Part shown: piece after piece, positions 26,574 through 34,905 of the stretch
Layout of the letters: the number at the start of each line of letters is the position of its first letter
Position numbering within the stretch: position 1 is the stretch's first letter
NCBI GenBank assembly: GCA_023254095.1
Contig: JALNLM010000001.1
Span: 205,660-240,564, forward strand
From: Candidatus Geocrenenecus huangii
GTDB taxonomy: Archaea; Thermoproteota; Nitrososphaeria_A; Caldarchaeales; Wolframiiraptoraceae
Reading direction: 5' to 3'
DNA length: 34,905 nucleotides
The notes under the pieces: model-generated
Seen by the model: only the letters and a program-made list of their open reading frames with translations
Databases searched by the model: none
What the model was told of the DNA's origin: nothing
Position numbers and translations under genes: made by a program

Positions 26574-27405
26574 CTACCGACCTCTATCTGGCCATAGTAG
26601 CCATACAATCATGAATCCTTGAGCAATACTGTCTAGCACCATTTCTACTCCATGTCCAAGTCTAAGCTCGATCGGCCAAGCTACGTTGACTAGCTGTGGG
26701 ACTACAGCACCAATAATTGCTAGTAGTGCTCCTAGATATAGGCCAAGCCTCCATCTACTCAGCCTGATCAACGCTATTAGTGGAGTAAAAGTCAATGCAT
26801 ATATTAGTCCACGTGCCAACTCGACGGGTACTATTACTTCTGGACTAGGAATAACGAGGCCCAGCCCGAGCTCGGGGTTATCATAGAAGGGGCCAGTTAT
26901 TGGAGAGAATATGAAGCCGAAGAAATAATATATCGGGACGAAGAGCACGGATGCAAGAGCGAATCGCCAAGGCCAATGGAGGCTGCTACGCTTCGAGAAA
27001 TATCTCTTAACTTCGCTGAATAGGTCCTTACTGGCTTTTCCCGGTTTAAAGAGAACTCCAACAGCTATCGCTATTATCAGATTGACGATTAGTTGTTCCA
27101 TGAGAAGAAATAGTTGGAATGATGTCGGATACGTAGTGAATAGTGCGACGTCAGGAACTCCTATCAGATACGAGAACATGTACAATGTTAGGAACAGTAT
27201 AATTATTCTCTGAGCAAGTGGAATTTCAAGCATTTCTTCTTAATATTTTCTTCTTAATATCTTAGCGTATCTTAGCGGTCGTAATTAAGCCCACCGCCAG
27301 ACCAAATGAAGAAGTAACCATCGTAGATAGGAAATACAAGAAACCGATAAGAAATACCCTCCATAATATTTCTAAACCAAACTTCGATACAACTACACAG
27401 ATTAC
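26574..27405 (-). pseudogene. Multi-pass membrane protein of unknown function, probably disrupted at its 5' end (intact portion 26574..27233)
   Basis: The 219-aa ORF has about 6 TM helices. The upstream stop-to-stop frame 27262..27405 encodes LWRVFLIGFLYF, resembling the internal WPWRFALASVLFVPIYY. Tandem duplications lie at the junction. Confidence 0.55.
27233..27277. repeat. Two abutting perfect tandem duplications (14 bp x2 and 10 bp x2)
   Basis: TTTCTTCTTAATAT at 27233-27246 and 27247-27260; TATCTTAGCG at 27258-27267 and 27268-27277. Confidence 0.9.
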
Positions 27406-27642
27406 TCATTGCGGCCCATTCATATAAACGTTTCAATCAGATTATTGATGACTCTCCAGCAATTTGCTAAGGTGCTCTCAGCCATCATCTCTGTATCTGC
27501 TACAGAACTTTAACATCCCTCTTAAGCTCCTAGAACAACAACCTAGTCTTCCCTTTCTTCACTACTGATAGGGAACCTCTAATCTATAGAGTACGTTACC
27601 ATGTTATCAAGTGATTTTCAAAGACCTTGATTAATCTTCTTA

Positions 27643-28011
27643 CTAGTCTAATACGTCTTTTAGTTTTTCTACCGTATCTTTCACATCTATGATCAATAAG
27701 CCTATCTTTGCTTTAGGGCTCATCAATATTATTAGAGATGCTTTCTTTCCTGGGTATAGTATTGCTCCACCCTTGTCTGTTAATAGTATGAGGAAGTTCA
27801 GTTTACCCAATGCAACTTGATCTGAGACTCTTTCAACAATACTCTGGAGAGCTGAGAACGCGGCTGAAGCACGTTCTTCATCGACACCGCTCGGTAAGCT
27901 ACTTTCTATAACTAATCCTTCAGTACTTATTATTGCTGCACCAGAAACGTCTGGATTACCTCTGATTAATTCACTTATTACGCTTCTTATCTTCTCAGCA
28001 CGAGTAGACAT
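27643..28011 (-). CDS. Roadblock/LC7 (MglB-like) domain protein
   Basis: Canonical pattern PDVSGAAIISTEGLVIES...DEERASAAFSAL...AKIGLLI; own BRE/TATA (GAAACAAATATATATA) and AGGTGA SD. Confidence 0.92.
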   Translation of the reverse strand: MSTRAEKIRSVISELIRGNPDVSGAAIISTEGLVIESSLPSGVDEERASAAFSALQSIVERVSDQVALGKLNFLILLTDKGGAILYPGKKASLIILMSPKAKIGLLIIDVKDTVEKLKDVLD

Positions 28012-28307
28012 TCTTTAATCACCTTGATAACACATTTAGTTATTTCTTCTCTATATATATTTGTTTCTTTTGAAGCGATTAAACCTTCTTCGAACTTGTC
28101 CTACGAATTACTTAGTATTCTTAATTATGTCGATTAATGCCCATTTTATTATTTCTTTGTGGATATATTACTTAGATATGGCCAATATCCTCCATCATTG
28201 TTAACAATCAGACGCGTTACTATTTCTTGTAGGGTAGCATACTCCTTCTCCAAGGACAGCGTCTAGGTTTCTGACGTTAGAACAAAATAATTCTAATAGT
28301 TAGGTTC

Positions 28308-28907
28308 TTATTCAATGCTTTTTCCTAGTAATTCTTCATATGTCTTCTTCATTTTTCTATAAGTTTCATCATCTATCTTCTTCTCCTTGTATAGTTTCTC
28401 TAAGTTGGATAATTTTTCACTTATCGTCTGTCTAAAAACATTCGTTAACGGGGCTTCTTTTAATTCAATCTCTTCTCTAGCCTCTCGAATCTGCGTTTCT
28501 GCAAGGCTTTTGGCTGTTGCTGCTAGGTGATACAGTATCTGTTCTGCACTGGTGTATTTGTTCGCTGTAAGAAGTGTATGTAGGTCTGAAGCAATGGTTA
28601 CAGCATGTTCTCCGGTATAGATGTTTTCACCTATTTTAGCCGCTGGGATAGTAGTCAACCCAAATTTCGTCCTCATCGCTTCTTGATAATCCCTTGGTGA
28701 AGTCCATATCTCGCATTCCAGTTCTTCACTTCTCCCAAGCGCTGAAGGTAGTGAAACCCTAACATTAGTTACAGCGAAAGCTGGCCAGACATCTCGAGTA
28801 GACATTTTTGCTATATCTTTGACTTCGCCGACCATTCCATTTAAGATTTTTAAGAGCTTAATAGACAAATCATCTTCAGAAACGTAGAAGGTTATCTTTC
28901 TCGGCAT
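28308..28907 (-). CDS. Hypothetical protein: thioredoxin-like fold without CxxC plus C-terminal SHOCT-like helical motif
   Basis: KITFYVS-helix ... KFGLTTIPAAKIGENIYTG (cis-Pro loop pattern); C-terminus LSNLEKLYKEKKIDDETYRKMK. Confidence 0.6.
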   Translation of the reverse strand: MPRKITFYVSEDDLSIKLLKILNGMVGEVKDIAKMSTRDVWPAFAVTNVRVSLPSALGRSEELECEIWTSPRDYQEAMRTKFGLTTIPAAKIGENIYTGEHAVTIASDLHTLLTANKYTSAEQILYHLAATAKSLAETQIREAREEIELKEAPLTNVFRQTISEKLSNLEKLYKEKKIDDETYRKMKKTYEELLGKSIE

Positions 28908-28982
28908 GTAGTATTATGTTTCAAACATGTTTTTAAAGTTTATGAAAGCTCGGCTAGAGGTTAGTACCTAAGTGATGTTTGG

Positions 28983-30791
28983 TTAAACGCTTCTCGCTGC
29001 TTCTCTCAATCTAACATTCATTGATTCAATGAGTATTGTTCCTTCTTCTCTCAATTGTTTTAATGCTTCAACTATTACATCTTTCGGCAACGGTATCTTG
29101 ACGAAGACTTGGTAGTATGGTACTGTCCCGTTATTTGCTTTAAGAAGCTCAAGAATGTATCCTATAGCTACTTCAATTTTTTCAACGGGTATTTCTCTAG
29201 GTTTAGGTGGAGGTATGGGGATGTAGATTTCTTCAACCTTGATTCCTAGCTCTCTAATCAACCTCTCAGGATCCGTATAGTAGGAATAGATTATCCTCGC
29301 TACTTCATTTATCTCTTTCACGTCTTTCTTAACCATCCAGTCTAGCAATGCTTTCCTCTTAAGCACTTCTCTAATCATATCTGTCTTCTTCTTCCCCCAC
29401 CTCAGAGCTATCTGATCTAGAAGTACGCTTTTATCAAATTCAACTACGAAGATATCGCTTAATGGATCCCATTCAGCGATTGTAATGTACTTCTCGTAGT
29501 CCGCTATCTCCCATACATATCTCATTCTTCTACCGAATGTAGCTCCTTTAAATGGTTTAGGCAACAGTGTTCTCTCGACTAGGCAGAGAACGTCGAGTAG
29601 GGGTATATGGCTTGGAGGAATATTCATCGGAGGGCTTGTAAGCCTCCTCACCGCAGTCTCAATACTCTCAGCGTGGACTGTGGATAGTCCGCCATGGCCT
29701 GTCGCAATCGCTTGGAATAACACGAATGCCTCTTCACCTCTTATCTCTCCTACTATCAAGTAGTCGGGGCGGTATCTCAGACTCATCCTCACTAGGTCGT
29801 ATAATGTTATTTCTCCTGTCTTCGCGGTTCCTAGACCGTAGCTCTCACGGGTTACGAATCTAACCCAGTTATCCGTAGGCATGTTTAGCTCAGCGGTCTC
29901 CTCACATGTTATTATCTTCATTCTAGGCTTAATGAAGCATGATAGAGCATTCAGCAGTGTTGTTTTACCGCTTCCAGTTGCTCCAGCAACCATTATGTTT
30001 GCTTTATTCTCAAGCAGTATCCAAAAGTATGCGGCAAGATCTGGACTTAGTACATTGCTCTGTAGTAGCTCAATTATACTGAACGGTTTCTCTCTGAATT
30101 TTCTTATCGTGAAGGTTGATCCACGTGGTGAAACTTCTTCTCTAAATGTTGCCGCCAACCTATGCTTACCATATATCATAGCGTCAAGCATTGGGAAGGC
30201 GGATGAGATATGTTTTCCAGCTTTATGTGCTAGCTGTATTATGAAGTCGTCTAGAACCGCTCTATCAGTGAAGGTTATGTTTGTGGGTAGGCTCTCGTAA
30301 TCTCTATGCCAAACATATATCGGAACATTCACTCCATCGCAGGATATATCTTCTATTCTGTAGTCTTCCATGATTACGTTGAGGATGCCGAAGCCGAGTA
30401 GATCCCTCTCAAGATAGTAAAAGAGCTTCTTCTTTGAGTCCTCGCTGACTACTCCTATCCCTCTACCATACTTCTTTAGAAGCTTGTCAGCTGAGTTGAG
30501 GAGTACCTTCTTTACTTCTTGTTCTTCTCCAACAGTTGGAGGTTCAAGTTCTTTTGCAAGAAAATCTTTTAATCGCTCTAATGCTTTAGCTTCTTGCTCG
30601 GTTAGTTCTACTTCTTTAACGAAGTATTGAGGTTCCAATACTATTCCTGGTTTAGCTGCGATTACCACTTCAGCGAATTCTTCTCTTACTGGATAACGTT
30701 GAAGAACCTCGTAATCCGGGGGCACGGGGTCTACCTTTATCCCTTTATCTTTCTTGACTTCTTCTTTCTCCTCCTTCTTGAATAGGGGCAT
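28983..30791 (-). CDS. Type II/IV secretion system (pilus assembly) ATPase, ArlI/TadA/VirB11 family, with C-terminal extension
   Basis: IEDISCDG, TFTIRKF, Walker A GATGSGKT, Asp box CEETAEL, Walker B RPDYLIVGEIRG, His box GHGGLSTVH. Confidence 0.95.
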   Translation of the reverse strand: MPLFKKEEKEEVKKDKGIKVDPVPPDYEVLQRYPVREEFAEVVIAAKPGIVLEPQYFVKEVELTEQEAKALERLKDFLAKELEPPTVGEEQEVKKVLLNSADKLLKKYGRGIGVVSEDSKKKLFYYLERDLLGFGILNVIMEDYRIEDISCDGVNVPIYVWHRDYESLPTNITFTDRAVLDDFIIQLAHKAGKHISSAFPMLDAMIYGKHRLAATFREEVSPRGSTFTIRKFREKPFSIIELLQSNVLSPDLAAYFWILLENKANIMVAGATGSGKTTLLNALSCFIKPRMKIITCEETAELNMPTDNWVRFVTRESYGLGTAKTGEITLYDLVRMSLRYRPDYLIVGEIRGEEAFVLFQAIATGHGGLSTVHAESIETAVRRLTSPPMNIPPSHIPLLDVLCLVERTLLPKPFKGATFGRRMRYVWEIADYEKYITIAEWDPLSDIFVVEFDKSVLLDQIALRWGKKKTDMIREVLKRKALLDWMVKKDVKEINEVARIIYSYYTDPERLIRELGIKVEEIYIPIPPPKPREIPVEKIEVAIGYILELLKANNGTVPYYQVFVKIPLPKDVIVEALKQLREEGTILIESMNVRLREAARSV

Positions 30792-30804
30792 CTATACCCT
30801 CCCT

Positions 30805-30830
30805 ACTGATAAATAATTACTTATATCAGT
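30805..30830. promoter_or_regulatory. Inverted repeat between TATA box and SD of the ATPase gene (candidate operator)
   Basis: ACTGATA-N12-TATCAGT; on the minus strand it lies directly after GAAAAGAATTTAAG and before GGGAGG. Confidence 0.4.
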
Positions 30831-31158
30831 CTTAAATTCTTTTCCTCTTATTAAGATCTTGTGGAGATTTGTTAGAATGGTTGCCTATACATTGGTTGAA
30901 AGATTTATCTGATTATGCTAATCTTCTACGAAACTGGGTTCCTTGGCCAAGATATTGTAAACTTATCCTCGTATCTTTAGCGACTACATTATCACGCCAT
31001 TAAATGAATTCTTCTTACTAGATCTCTGTTCTTTTCAAGATCTTTCTAGGCTGTCCTATAACTTATCTTGCCGCCAAGATAGCGTATTACCTATACTGTA
31101 TGCTTGAATCCAGAGCTGATAAAGTAATTTAAGGAAGTGTAAACTTATAATTACTAGT

Positions 31159-31755
31159 ATGGATGGGATACTGGATGCTTTACCGAATATCTTGTTAAGC
31201 CCATTCCTAGTCTTTATTCTTATCGTAGCGGCCATTGCCTTGTCTGTTATCTCATTAGTCTTTACACTCATCTTGGCTAGAAAGGTATCTGTAACTCTAA
31301 CGTCAATAACGACTACTCCGCCTCCTACGCCTGTCTCGACCGCCCCATCCACTAAGCCTTCAACAGGAGTAGTAGGTAAACCTACATCTACTGATGTCAT
31401 TAGGATTACAAGTGGGCTTGAATCTCTTGAAGAGATTTCTTCAGCTCTAGCTGTTAATTCTATTCTTCTCTTCAATCTAGCAGGTATGTCTATTGAGGCC
31501 CATAATATTAAAGATGAGGAAAAGCTCGCGGCTATACTTGCAGATATCGTTGCATCTTTTAGGAAGAACGGCTTCCCAGCCGAGACGATCTCCATAAAGG
31601 ATAGTATTCAAGGTTATATACTATCTGTTACTAAGGTAGGCGAGATGGAGGTCTACGCATTGGTCCTCGGAGAAGCAGATGCTATTGTCGACGTTGAAGA
31701 AGCTCGCCAGCTTCTAAAAAATTTCATTACGTCAATAGTTAAGAAGGGAGGATAA
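31159..31755 (+). CDS. Membrane-anchored Roadblock-like protein (TM, Pro/Thr linker, Roadblock-like domain)
   Basis: Hydrophobic helix at about residues 11-40 followed by RK, then TTTPPPTPVSTAP linker, then SILLFNLAGMSIEA...DEEKLAAILA, matching the Roadblock strand-G-strand/helix pattern. Confidence 0.68.
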   Translation: MDGILDALPNILLSPFLVFILIVAAIALSVISLVFTLILARKVSVTLTSITTTPPPTPVSTAPSTKPSTGVVGKPTSTDVIRITSGLESLEEISSALAVNSILLFNLAGMSIEAHNIKDEEKLAAILADIVASFRKNGFPAETISIKDSIQGYILSVTKVGEMEVYALVLGEADAIVDVEEARQLLKNFITSIVKKGG

Positions 31756-31757
31756 TC

Positions 31758-32120
31758 ATGGCCACAGCTTATGAGACTTTCCAGGTTCTTGTTGAAAGCA
31801 TTATGGTTAGTAGTAAGGGATGGGTTGACGTAGTGACTATAGTTTCTCAGGATGGCGCACCTATTACGTTTAGCGCCAACATAGATTTTAACCCTGAGTA
31901 TATTGCTGCAGCTACAGCGGCTATCGGTGGTGCGACCTCTGCTGTTGTAGAGTTGTTGAATTCGAAGGGTTTCGATAAGGTTGATGTACAGTTGAAGGAT
32001 AAGAGGTACTTGCTGATTAGGATGTATAAAGACCACTACGTTATCTGTGTTACAAAGCCTAATCCGAATCTTGGTTTCATAAACCTAATACTTGAGGCAT
32101 TCCTCTCTGGTAAGCCATGA
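31758..32120 (+). CDS. Roadblock/LC7 (MglB-like) domain protein
   Basis: VDVVTIVSQDGAPI...PEYIAAATAAI...PNLGFINLILE; GGAGG SD; ATGA overlap with the GTPase gene. Confidence 0.9.
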   Translation: MATAYETFQVLVESIMVSSKGWVDVVTIVSQDGAPITFSANIDFNPEYIAAATAAIGGATSAVVELLNSKGFDKVDVQLKDKRYLLIRMYKDHYVICVTKPNPNLGFINLILEAFLSGKP

Positions 32121-32671
32121 AGATATTTAAGATCCTTATCACTGGACCGTATAATTCAGGTAAAACTACATTTATCAAGACTATATGTAGTAATGCCCTC
32201 ACAACAGATAAGAAGGTTTCAAGTGATGAGCTGGTGAAGTCCTCTACTACCGTCGCCCTCGACTTCGGCCTCATAGAGATAGGCGGGTATAGAGTTAGAT
32301 TGTTCGGGACGCCGGGTCAGAGCAGGTTTCATTTCATGTGGCGTGCACTCTCCATAGGTATGGATGGATACGTCTTCATGGTTGATAGTAGCGACCCTAT
32401 GAGCTTTAATGAGGCCCTCCACATTTATATGTTTTTCAGGTCTATGCATCCATATACTAGTCATGTAGTTGCAGCAAACAAGTATGACAAAGAAAATAAG
32501 CTAAGCATAGATACTATTAGGTCTGCTTTGAAGATCCCAGAGCATATCCCGATATATCCTACAGTAGCCTATAATAGAGAAAACGTTGTAAAGGTATTGG
32601 AAGCACTAATAGAGCTTATACAGAGCTCATCTATTATTATCAAGTATAAAGATTCTAAGAAGAGTGTTTGA
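32117..32671 (+). CDS. MglA-like small Ras-superfamily GTPase
   Basis: G1 GPYNSGKTT, G2 TTVALDFG, G3 GTPGQSRF, G4 NKYD, G5 TVA; directly downstream of a Roadblock gene. Confidence 0.92.
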   Translation: MKIFKILITGPYNSGKTTFIKTICSNALTTDKKVSSDELVKSSTTVALDFGLIEIGGYRVRLFGTPGQSRFHFMWRALSIGMDGYVFMVDSSDPMSFNEALHIYMFFRSMHPYTSHVVAANKYDKENKLSIDTIRSALKIPEHIPIYPTVAYNRENVVKVLEALIELIQSSSIIIKYKDSKKSV

Positions 32672-32895
32672 AGTTCTCTAGATGCTCACGCGTATTCTTC
32701 TATAACTGTTCTTGTGCAAGATCAACAATCCTAGATCTGTATTCCATTATCAACAGTGCTAGTGCGGACCTGTTTTGTGAGTGATTCTCTCAAAGTTTGG
32801 TAAATCTCTTGTTATCTTCTTCGTAAATCTAAGATCATACCGTAGGACACTGACAGTAAATTTTTATATATTTGGTGAACAGGGATCTTGTCAGT

Positions 32896-34671
32896 ATGGG
32901 GTTCCTAGAAAGTTTTAGCGGATTTTCCTATGCTAGTTTTAGAGGGTTGGGATTACGTATTCTCAGGTTGTTTCCAGGGATTTCCGCTAAACTTGAAAGT
33001 GCTGGGAAACGTATTCACCCTGAAGCTTACGCAGCTATCGTTGCAAGCTTAACTGTTTTATCATTGATTGGGGCCGGTGTCGGCTCAGTACTGGTCTTCC
33101 TCTTTACTGGTAGCTTGCTCTTCTCGTTATTGTTGTTTATTATCCCGGCTCTCGTCTTCATTATGGGCGTTCTATATCCTTATGGTGAGGCCTCATCTGT
33201 ATCTAGTGTTCTTGAGAGTGAGGTGCCGTACGCTGCTACTTATCTAGCCGTTATGGCCACAGGAGGGATCGCTCCATACACTAGTCTTAGCCGTATCGCT
33301 AAAGGAGAGCTTATGCCTAATATCGCTAAAGCTGCGAGGAATGCTGAGATCGCTGTTAAGACTGGTGGGATAGACCCTGTATCAGCTCTGGAGAATATGG
33401 CTAAAGGTGTTCCATCTAAGGATTACCGTGACTTGATTATGGGCTATGCTTCTACGTTGAGGAGTGGTGGAGATGTTGTACACTTCTTGATCAGGAAGAC
33501 TGAGCAGATCTTTGATTCTAGGATGGGTAAGATGAGGATTATTGGTGAGAGGATGGGGATGCTTATGGAGGCTTACGCAGCTATTACGATGATGCTCTCC
33601 CTAGTCGTCTACATCGTCTATATTGTTTCTAGAGCTATGCCGAGCGAGTTCGTTACATTACCCTCTGAGCAATTCGTAATCTTCGCGTATCTAGTCATGC
33701 CTCTCCTCGCACTCGTCTTCTTGTACCTCGCCGATATTACTCAGCCCAAGTATCCTATGACCGATACTCGCCCATACAGAATATTCTACTTAACGATACC
33801 TTTTGCATCTATCGTTTTAATGTTGTTTGTTGTTCCATTCTTTTTAGATGCTTTAAGATTTATTCCGCCGTTTGATGCTAGTAGCCAGCTTATAGTAGAG
33901 TTGAGGAAGGCTATGGGGCTTGTTCAAGGCTACGAGTCTAGTATTGGTCTCTGCATCTTCTTCATGGTTTTGTTCGCTCCAGGCATGGTCTTCTATGAAA
34001 AGTACGGTAAGGAGAGTATAGGTATCCTTCATGGCATGACCTTGTTTTTGAGGGATTTGACAGAGGCCAGGAAGACCGGCATGAGCCCCGAGAAATGTAT
34101 TATTACTTTGAGGGATAGACCCTACGGCGGGTTTACTAAGCATTTGAAGATTATTGCCAGGCAGATCGGTTGGGGCGAGCCGCTCAGGAAAGTTTACCAA
34201 GATTTTGTTAAGAGGGTTCACGGATGGATGAGTAGGGCGAGCTTGTATGTCTTGATAGATGCTATAGATGTTGGGGGAGGCGCTCCTGAGACCTTCGACG
34301 TCTTAGCTACGTTCATGGAGAATCTGGAGGAGGTCGAGAAGCAGAAGAGGTCTACCCTTCTACCTCTAATGATGATCCCGTACATGACAGCTATAATGCT
34401 AGTCGTGGTAGTCGTCATCCTCGTAAGCTTTATGCGTAACCTACTCGAGATAGCCAGGATCTACATATCCTTGGCAGAGTTCATCCACTTCTTTCTCCCA
34501 CCAGTAATCTTGATAGCGGTGATAAGCGGCCTTGTAGCAGGGAAAGTCTCAGCAGGAATTATCGCTGCAGGGTTCAAGCATGCGTTTATACTCTCGATAG
34601 TATCATTCATAGCCGTATGGCTTTCAGGAACAGTCTCGGTACAGATATTCTCAACGCCAATGATGAGTTAA
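32896..34671 (+). CDS. Type IV pilus/T2SS-F membrane platform protein (TadC/ArlJ-like, two F domains)
   Basis: Two repeats: EVPYAATYLAVMATGG...STLRSGG and FLRDLTEARKTGMS...AIDVGG, each followed by TM helices; terminal GLVAGK...AGFKH. Start ATG 32896 is about 25 nt after TTTATATA; the ORF is open from 32872. Confidence 0.92.
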   Translation: MGFLESFSGFSYASFRGLGLRILRLFPGISAKLESAGKRIHPEAYAAIVASLTVLSLIGAGVGSVLVFLFTGSLLFSLLLFIIPALVFIMGVLYPYGEASSVSSVLESEVPYAATYLAVMATGGIAPYTSLSRIAKGELMPNIAKAARNAEIAVKTGGIDPVSALENMAKGVPSKDYRDLIMGYASTLRSGGDVVHFLIRKTEQIFDSRMGKMRIIGERMGMLMEAYAAITMMLSLVVYIVYIVSRAMPSEFVTLPSEQFVIFAYLVMPLLALVFLYLADITQPKYPMTDTRPYRIFYLTIPFASIVLMLFVVPFFLDALRFIPPFDASSQLIVELRKAMGLVQGYESSIGLCIFFMVLFAPGMVFYEKYGKESIGILHGMTLFLRDLTEARKTGMSPEKCIITLRDRPYGGFTKHLKIIARQIGWGEPLRKVYQDFVKRVHGWMSRASLYVLIDAIDVGGGAPETFDVLATFMENLEEVEKQKRSTLLPLMMIPYMTAIMLVVVVVILVSFMRNLLEIARIYISLAEFIHFFLPPVILIAVISGLVAGKVSAGIIAAGFKHAFILSIVSFIAVWLSGTVSVQIFSTPMMS

Positions 34672-34905
34672 GAATAAATTACAAGAAGAACTTAGGGTTT
34701 TAGAGTATTTGGAGTGGCCAGAGAATCTCTAGTGAAGAATATCCTATCTTGAGTATCTATGTTGTTTGCTATTGTTTAGCGGTGTAGTCGACTTTTACTT
34801 AATTTATTCTTTGATAGATTTATGGCCTATTATGTTCTCCGCTATTATAATATTAGAGACATGGATAGTTCCAGCGTAATATCTATCTTTCATAATATTT
34901 ATATG

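Noticed and set aside
26300-27642. Coding-like remnants in the spacers 26300-26570 and 27410-27642
   Set aside because: They are short stop-interrupted frames with no recognisable family, IS ends or terminal inverted repeats.
21398-34671. Archaellum operon
   Set aside because: No archaellin, ArlH (KaiC-like), ArlF/G or chemotaxis genes are recognisable; the ATPase and platform fit a non-archaellar pilus.
20339-34905. Pilus block as an element integrated at tRNA-Ser
   Set aside because: I found no integrase or transposase and no duplicate of the tRNA 3' end in the window. It cannot be excluded beyond the right edge.

Overview
Archaeal chromosomal window, most likely a TACK-superphylum archaeon. 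This is inferred from the archaeal/eukaryote-type r-proteins L32e, L19e, L34e and L14e, Cbf5 and an intron-containing tRNA; the exact lineage cannot be fixed from sequence alone. There are three blocks. (1) 1-9.2 kb: distal spc-type ribosomal superoperon (S14, S8, L6, L32e, L19e, L18, S5, L30, L15, secY, DUF106/EMC3, L34e, cmk, L14e, cbf5). adk is missing and cmk is inverted in place. (2) 9.2-20.2 kb: a hemerythrin-domain gene plus a divergently arranged uptake/catabolism cluster (M20 hydrolase, Dpp/Opp ABC transporter, two hydantoin-racemase-family genes, DUF917, and an M29-fold protein with altered metal ligands), followed by tRNA-Ser(GGA) with a 12-nt intron. (3) 20.8-34.7 kb: a type IV pilus-like locus (four-gene pilin/adhesin operon with class III signal peptides and Thr-rich stalks, assembly ATPase with an extra C-terminal winged-helix-like domain, TadC/ArlJ-type platform). 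It is interleaved with an MglA-like small GTPase, four Roadblock/LC7 (MglB-like) proteins, one of them membrane-anchored, and a thioredoxin-fold/SHOCT-like protein. The best candidate for an undescribed system is this GTPase/Roadblock switch embedded in an archaeal pilus locus. All domain calls are by motif recognition; no searches were run.
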